Shown here one piece after another: positions 61,465 through 64,000 of a stretch of 64,000 bases of DNA (position 1 is the first letter of the stretch; each line of letters opens with the position of its first letter). The notes under the pieces are model-generated. The model made no database searches. It saw nothing but the letters and a program-made list of their open reading frames with translations, and was not told the DNA's origin. The translations under genes were made by a program, and so were the position numbers. The stretch is from Bacteriovoracaceae bacterium. GTDB taxonomy: Bacteria; Bdellovibrionota; Bacteriovoracia; Bacteriovoracales; Bacteriovoracaceae. The stretch lies in the NCBI GenBank assembly GCA_965217035.1, contig OZ244226.1, positions 558,001 to 622,000 of the forward strand. The letters are read 5' to 3'.

Positions 61465-61893
61465 TTACTCACAGTCAATACGAGCAACTTGTCTCAAACC
61501 TACAGGATCTGTTTCCCCTTCAGGGATAACGGGCTCATCAAATGTTAGTTGCATGCTTTTAACAACGTTAAAATCAGGATCTGTAAAAACAAGAACACCG
61601 ACATGTTGATCAAAATTTGATGCATAAGTGATATAGAGTGCGCTTAATCCAATATTAACTTTGGCATTGCCTTTTTTTTCCGCAAAGGTGCTCTCAAGCT
61701 CTAGTAAAGAAGAAGGAACATTCTCGAGTGTTTTAGTTTCACCAAAAAGAGAATGAGTATAACTACATTCTAGCTCAGCTTTCGTCGCCGCCTTTGCAAT
61801 TGCATCCAAAGTTTCATTATTAGTCTTACCGATTAATGATGCTTTTGCCGTTAAGCCCATGACCAAAAATGACAATAATAACAATGATTTCAT
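61465..61893 (-). CDS. Exported hypothetical protein
   Basis: SD GGAG; signal peptide MKSLLLLSFLVMGLTAKA. Confidence 0.7.
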   Translation of the reverse strand: MKSLLLLSFLVMGLTAKASLIGKTNNETLDAIAKAATKAELECSYTHSLFGETKTLENVPSSLLELESTFAEKKGNAKVNIGLSALYITYASNFDQHVGVLVFTDPDFNVVKSMQLTFDEPVIPEGETDPVGLRQVARIDCE

Positions 61894-61980
61894 GCTCTTC
61901 TCCAATTTAAACTTTAGAACAAGTGAAGCATAGCATAATTATTTCGGCTAAATAAAACCTCTGAAAATTCTACAGGAAAG

Positions 61981-62985
61981 CTAGAAGCGAGTTAGCCAGG
62001 CAAGTGAGAGATTACTCTGAGAATCTTCAGGATTGCCCTCATCATCAACATAAATCGAGTTATCGGCCGTATCTAGCCTAAATTCGAACTTAAGTTCAGA
62101 GTTCTCATAAACTTTATATCCATAAGTAAGAGTAATGGAAGTAATAGTTTCATCTCTATTGTTTCCGATTAGATCTATATCCTCTTGTTTCCAAAGCTCT
62201 AAACGAGTTGCCAGAAAACTTTTGCCTGAAAGTATATAGCTAAAATAGAAAGCAAAAGAGCTCCAGCGACCGCCTAACCTTTCTTCATCTATTGAGCCAA
62301 CGAGGATATCCAAAGCAAGAGAGATTTCGTTTGTCGTCTTGTGTTTAAGAGAAAAATCATGGAAAGATGAGTTCTCATTATCCTGCTCGGCAAGATAAGC
62401 ATAAATAAACATCCACTTTTCCCATTCGTAACTTATCAGCAAATTATATCCATTAGTTGACTCAGTATTTTCAAGTTGATCAGGTCCATCAAAATAGAAA
62501 ACTTCAGCAAATAATGAGTCTTTCTTATAACGAAGAGCGACTCCTTCTGCGAAATTAGGACCACCGCTATTAAAGCCTAAAGAGCGAGAATAGTGAGTGT
62601 TATTAACCGCAAAATTACTTTCAAAGCCCACACTTATATCCATTCTTCCCACTGTGATTGAAAACTGATCATTAAAGTTGTGAGTCAAATAAGCTTGGGA
62701 AAGACCTTCTGTTCCTGAAGTTGCGCTAGAAGCCACTAAGCTTGCTTGATCACCATAAGCAAACTCGAGATAATAATCGACATTCTCTTGAGATCCTTTA
62801 AAACGTAAACTCGCCAAGCCGATCCCTAGGTCTTTATGAGGCAAATTTTCCAAATTAGAACTAATTTGATTTTTTTGTGAGTTCATATTCCAGTAAAGAT
62901 CAAAAACTCCATTAACTTCTTGAGCACTAAGAGTTGAGACAAAAAAGAAAAAAGAATAGATCTTTAGAAGAGTTTTTTTCATCAC
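61981..62985 (-). CDS. Outer-membrane beta-barrel (porin-like), copy 2
   Basis: Signal peptide; SQAY, VGFES, YSRS, EFRLD; C-terminal F. Confidence 0.8.
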   Translation of the reverse strand: MMKKTLLKIYSFFFFVSTLSAQEVNGVFDLYWNMNSQKNQISSNLENLPHKDLGIGLASLRFKGSQENVDYYLEFAYGDQASLVASSATSGTEGLSQAYLTHNFNDQFSITVGRMDISVGFESNFAVNNTHYSRSLGFNSGGPNFAEGVALRYKKDSLFAEVFYFDGPDQLENTESTNGYNLLISYEWEKWMFIYAYLAEQDNENSSFHDFSLKHKTTNEISLALDILVGSIDEERLGGRWSSFAFYFSYILSGKSFLATRLELWKQEDIDLIGNNRDETITSITLTYGYKVYENSELKFEFRLDTADNSIYVDDEGNPEDSQSNLSLAWLTRF

Positions 62986-62992
62986 TTACCTT

Positions 62993-63022
62993 AAAAAAAA
63001 AGGGGCACTCAAAGAGTGCCCC
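62993..63022 (-). terminator. Intrinsic terminator between the porin paralogs
   Basis: Minus strand GGGGCACTC-TTT-GAGTGCCCC-TTTTTTTTT. Confidence 0.9.
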
Positions 63023-63049
63023 CAGGAGGTCTTTATTTTTCGTACTCAC

Positions 63050-64000
63050 TTAGAATGTGTTGATCCAAGCAAGAGAAACGTTAGACTGAGCATCTTCTGC
63101 AGTACCTTCATCATCAACAAAGATATCATTATCAGCAGAAATTTGGCTGTATTCAAGTCTGAACTCTGATCCACCGTCACAGTACATACCGTAAGTTAAA
63201 GTAATCCCAGTGATCTCTTCATCGGCATTTGTACCGATGTTAGCGAAAGACTCTTGCTCATAAGTTTCATATCTTAAAGCAGCATAAGTTTTCTTAGAAA
63301 CCATATACTTGGCGTAAAGAGCCATAGTCGTCCACTCAGCATCATTATTATCTTCATCAATTTCACCCATTAAGTAAGATAAAGCAGCAGAAAAACGGCT
63401 GTTGAAATCATAAGTGAAGTTAAAGTTAGTGATGTTAGCCTTAAGGTTAGAAGCTGGGTTACTTCCCTGAAGAGTGTAATCTCCATCAGTGTAGTAATTT
63501 AATACCGCAGCCCACTTATCTTTAGCATAGCTTAGCTGAATGCTTGAAGAACCAGACTCAGTTGTATCGTTCTGGCCATCATTATTACCATCATAAAGAA
63601 ATAAGCCTGCTCCAAAACCCGAATTATGATTGTATTTGACAGCAACACCATCATGGAATCGTGGTTGAGCATTCAAAAAAGAAATTGATCTAGTGTAGTT
63701 CCAATTGTCTTTTGCGAAAGCGCTTTCAAAACCAACATTAGTCGCCATTCTACCAGCCGTAAAAGAAACTTGGTCATTGAAGTGGTGAGTGATATAAGCC
63801 TGAGAAAGCCCTTCAGTACTCGTAGTATCACTAGCAGCTGTAAGTCCAGCTTGATCACCGTAAGCGAATTCTAGATAGTAATCGATGTTCTTTACTGATC
63901 CAGCAAAATTTAGAGTAGCAAGACCAATCCCAACATCATTGTGATCAAGACTTGAAGCATTTAAAGCACCACCAGTCTGGTCACCATAAGAGGCATTACT
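63050..64000 (-). CDS. Outer-membrane beta-barrel (porin-like), copy 1; 5' end beyond the window
   Basis: Frame is open to 64000 (…DYYLEFAYGDQA…TEGLSQAYITHHF…), paralogous to 61981-62985; ends WINTF. Confidence 0.8.
   Translation of the reverse strand, partial: SNASYGDQTGGALNASSLDHNDVGIGLATLNFAGSVKNIDYYLEFAYGDQAGLTAASDTTSTEGLSQAYITHHFNDQVSFTAGRMATNVGFESAFAKDNWNYTRSISFLNAQPRFHDGVAVKYNHNSGFGAGLFLYDGNNDGQNDTTESGSSSIQLSYAKDKWAAVLNYYTDGDYTLQGSNPASNLKANITNFNFTYDFNSRFSAALSYLMGEIDEDNNDAEWTTMALYAKYMVSKKTYAALRYETYEQESFANIGTNADEEITGITLTYGMYCDGGSEFRLEYSQISADNDIFVDDEGTAEDAQSNVSLAWINTF

Overview
AT-rich bacterial chromosomal segment. The gene content (kdsB-pyrG-kdsA-kdsC, a Flp/Tad locus, many secreted hydrolases and small exported proteins, sigma28-type promoters) suggests a Bacteriovoracaceae/Halobacteriovorax-like predator; this is inference and no database search was run. 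The left ~27 kb is accessory. It holds an AbiJ-like + DUF3800 gene pair and tRNA-Val(GAC) with a 6.9-kb integrase-less island bounded by a 51-bp att repeat (heavy-metal RND + TolC without an adaptor, His-rich proteins, a RelE/HigA toxin-antitoxin pair). A hotspot of exported proteins, an IS5-family element, a class D beta-lactamase and decayed repeats follows. The right ~37 kb is mostly housekeeping. The most striking observation is an in-frame ferrochelatase (HemH)-MFS antiporter fusion, followed by an exported HMA metal-binding protein and converging on feoAB. Other notable signals: nested recombination-like sites inside the tRNA island, small exported proteins sharing one signal peptide, a new-looking repeat protein behind a consensus sigma28 promoter, and many apparently leaderless genes.
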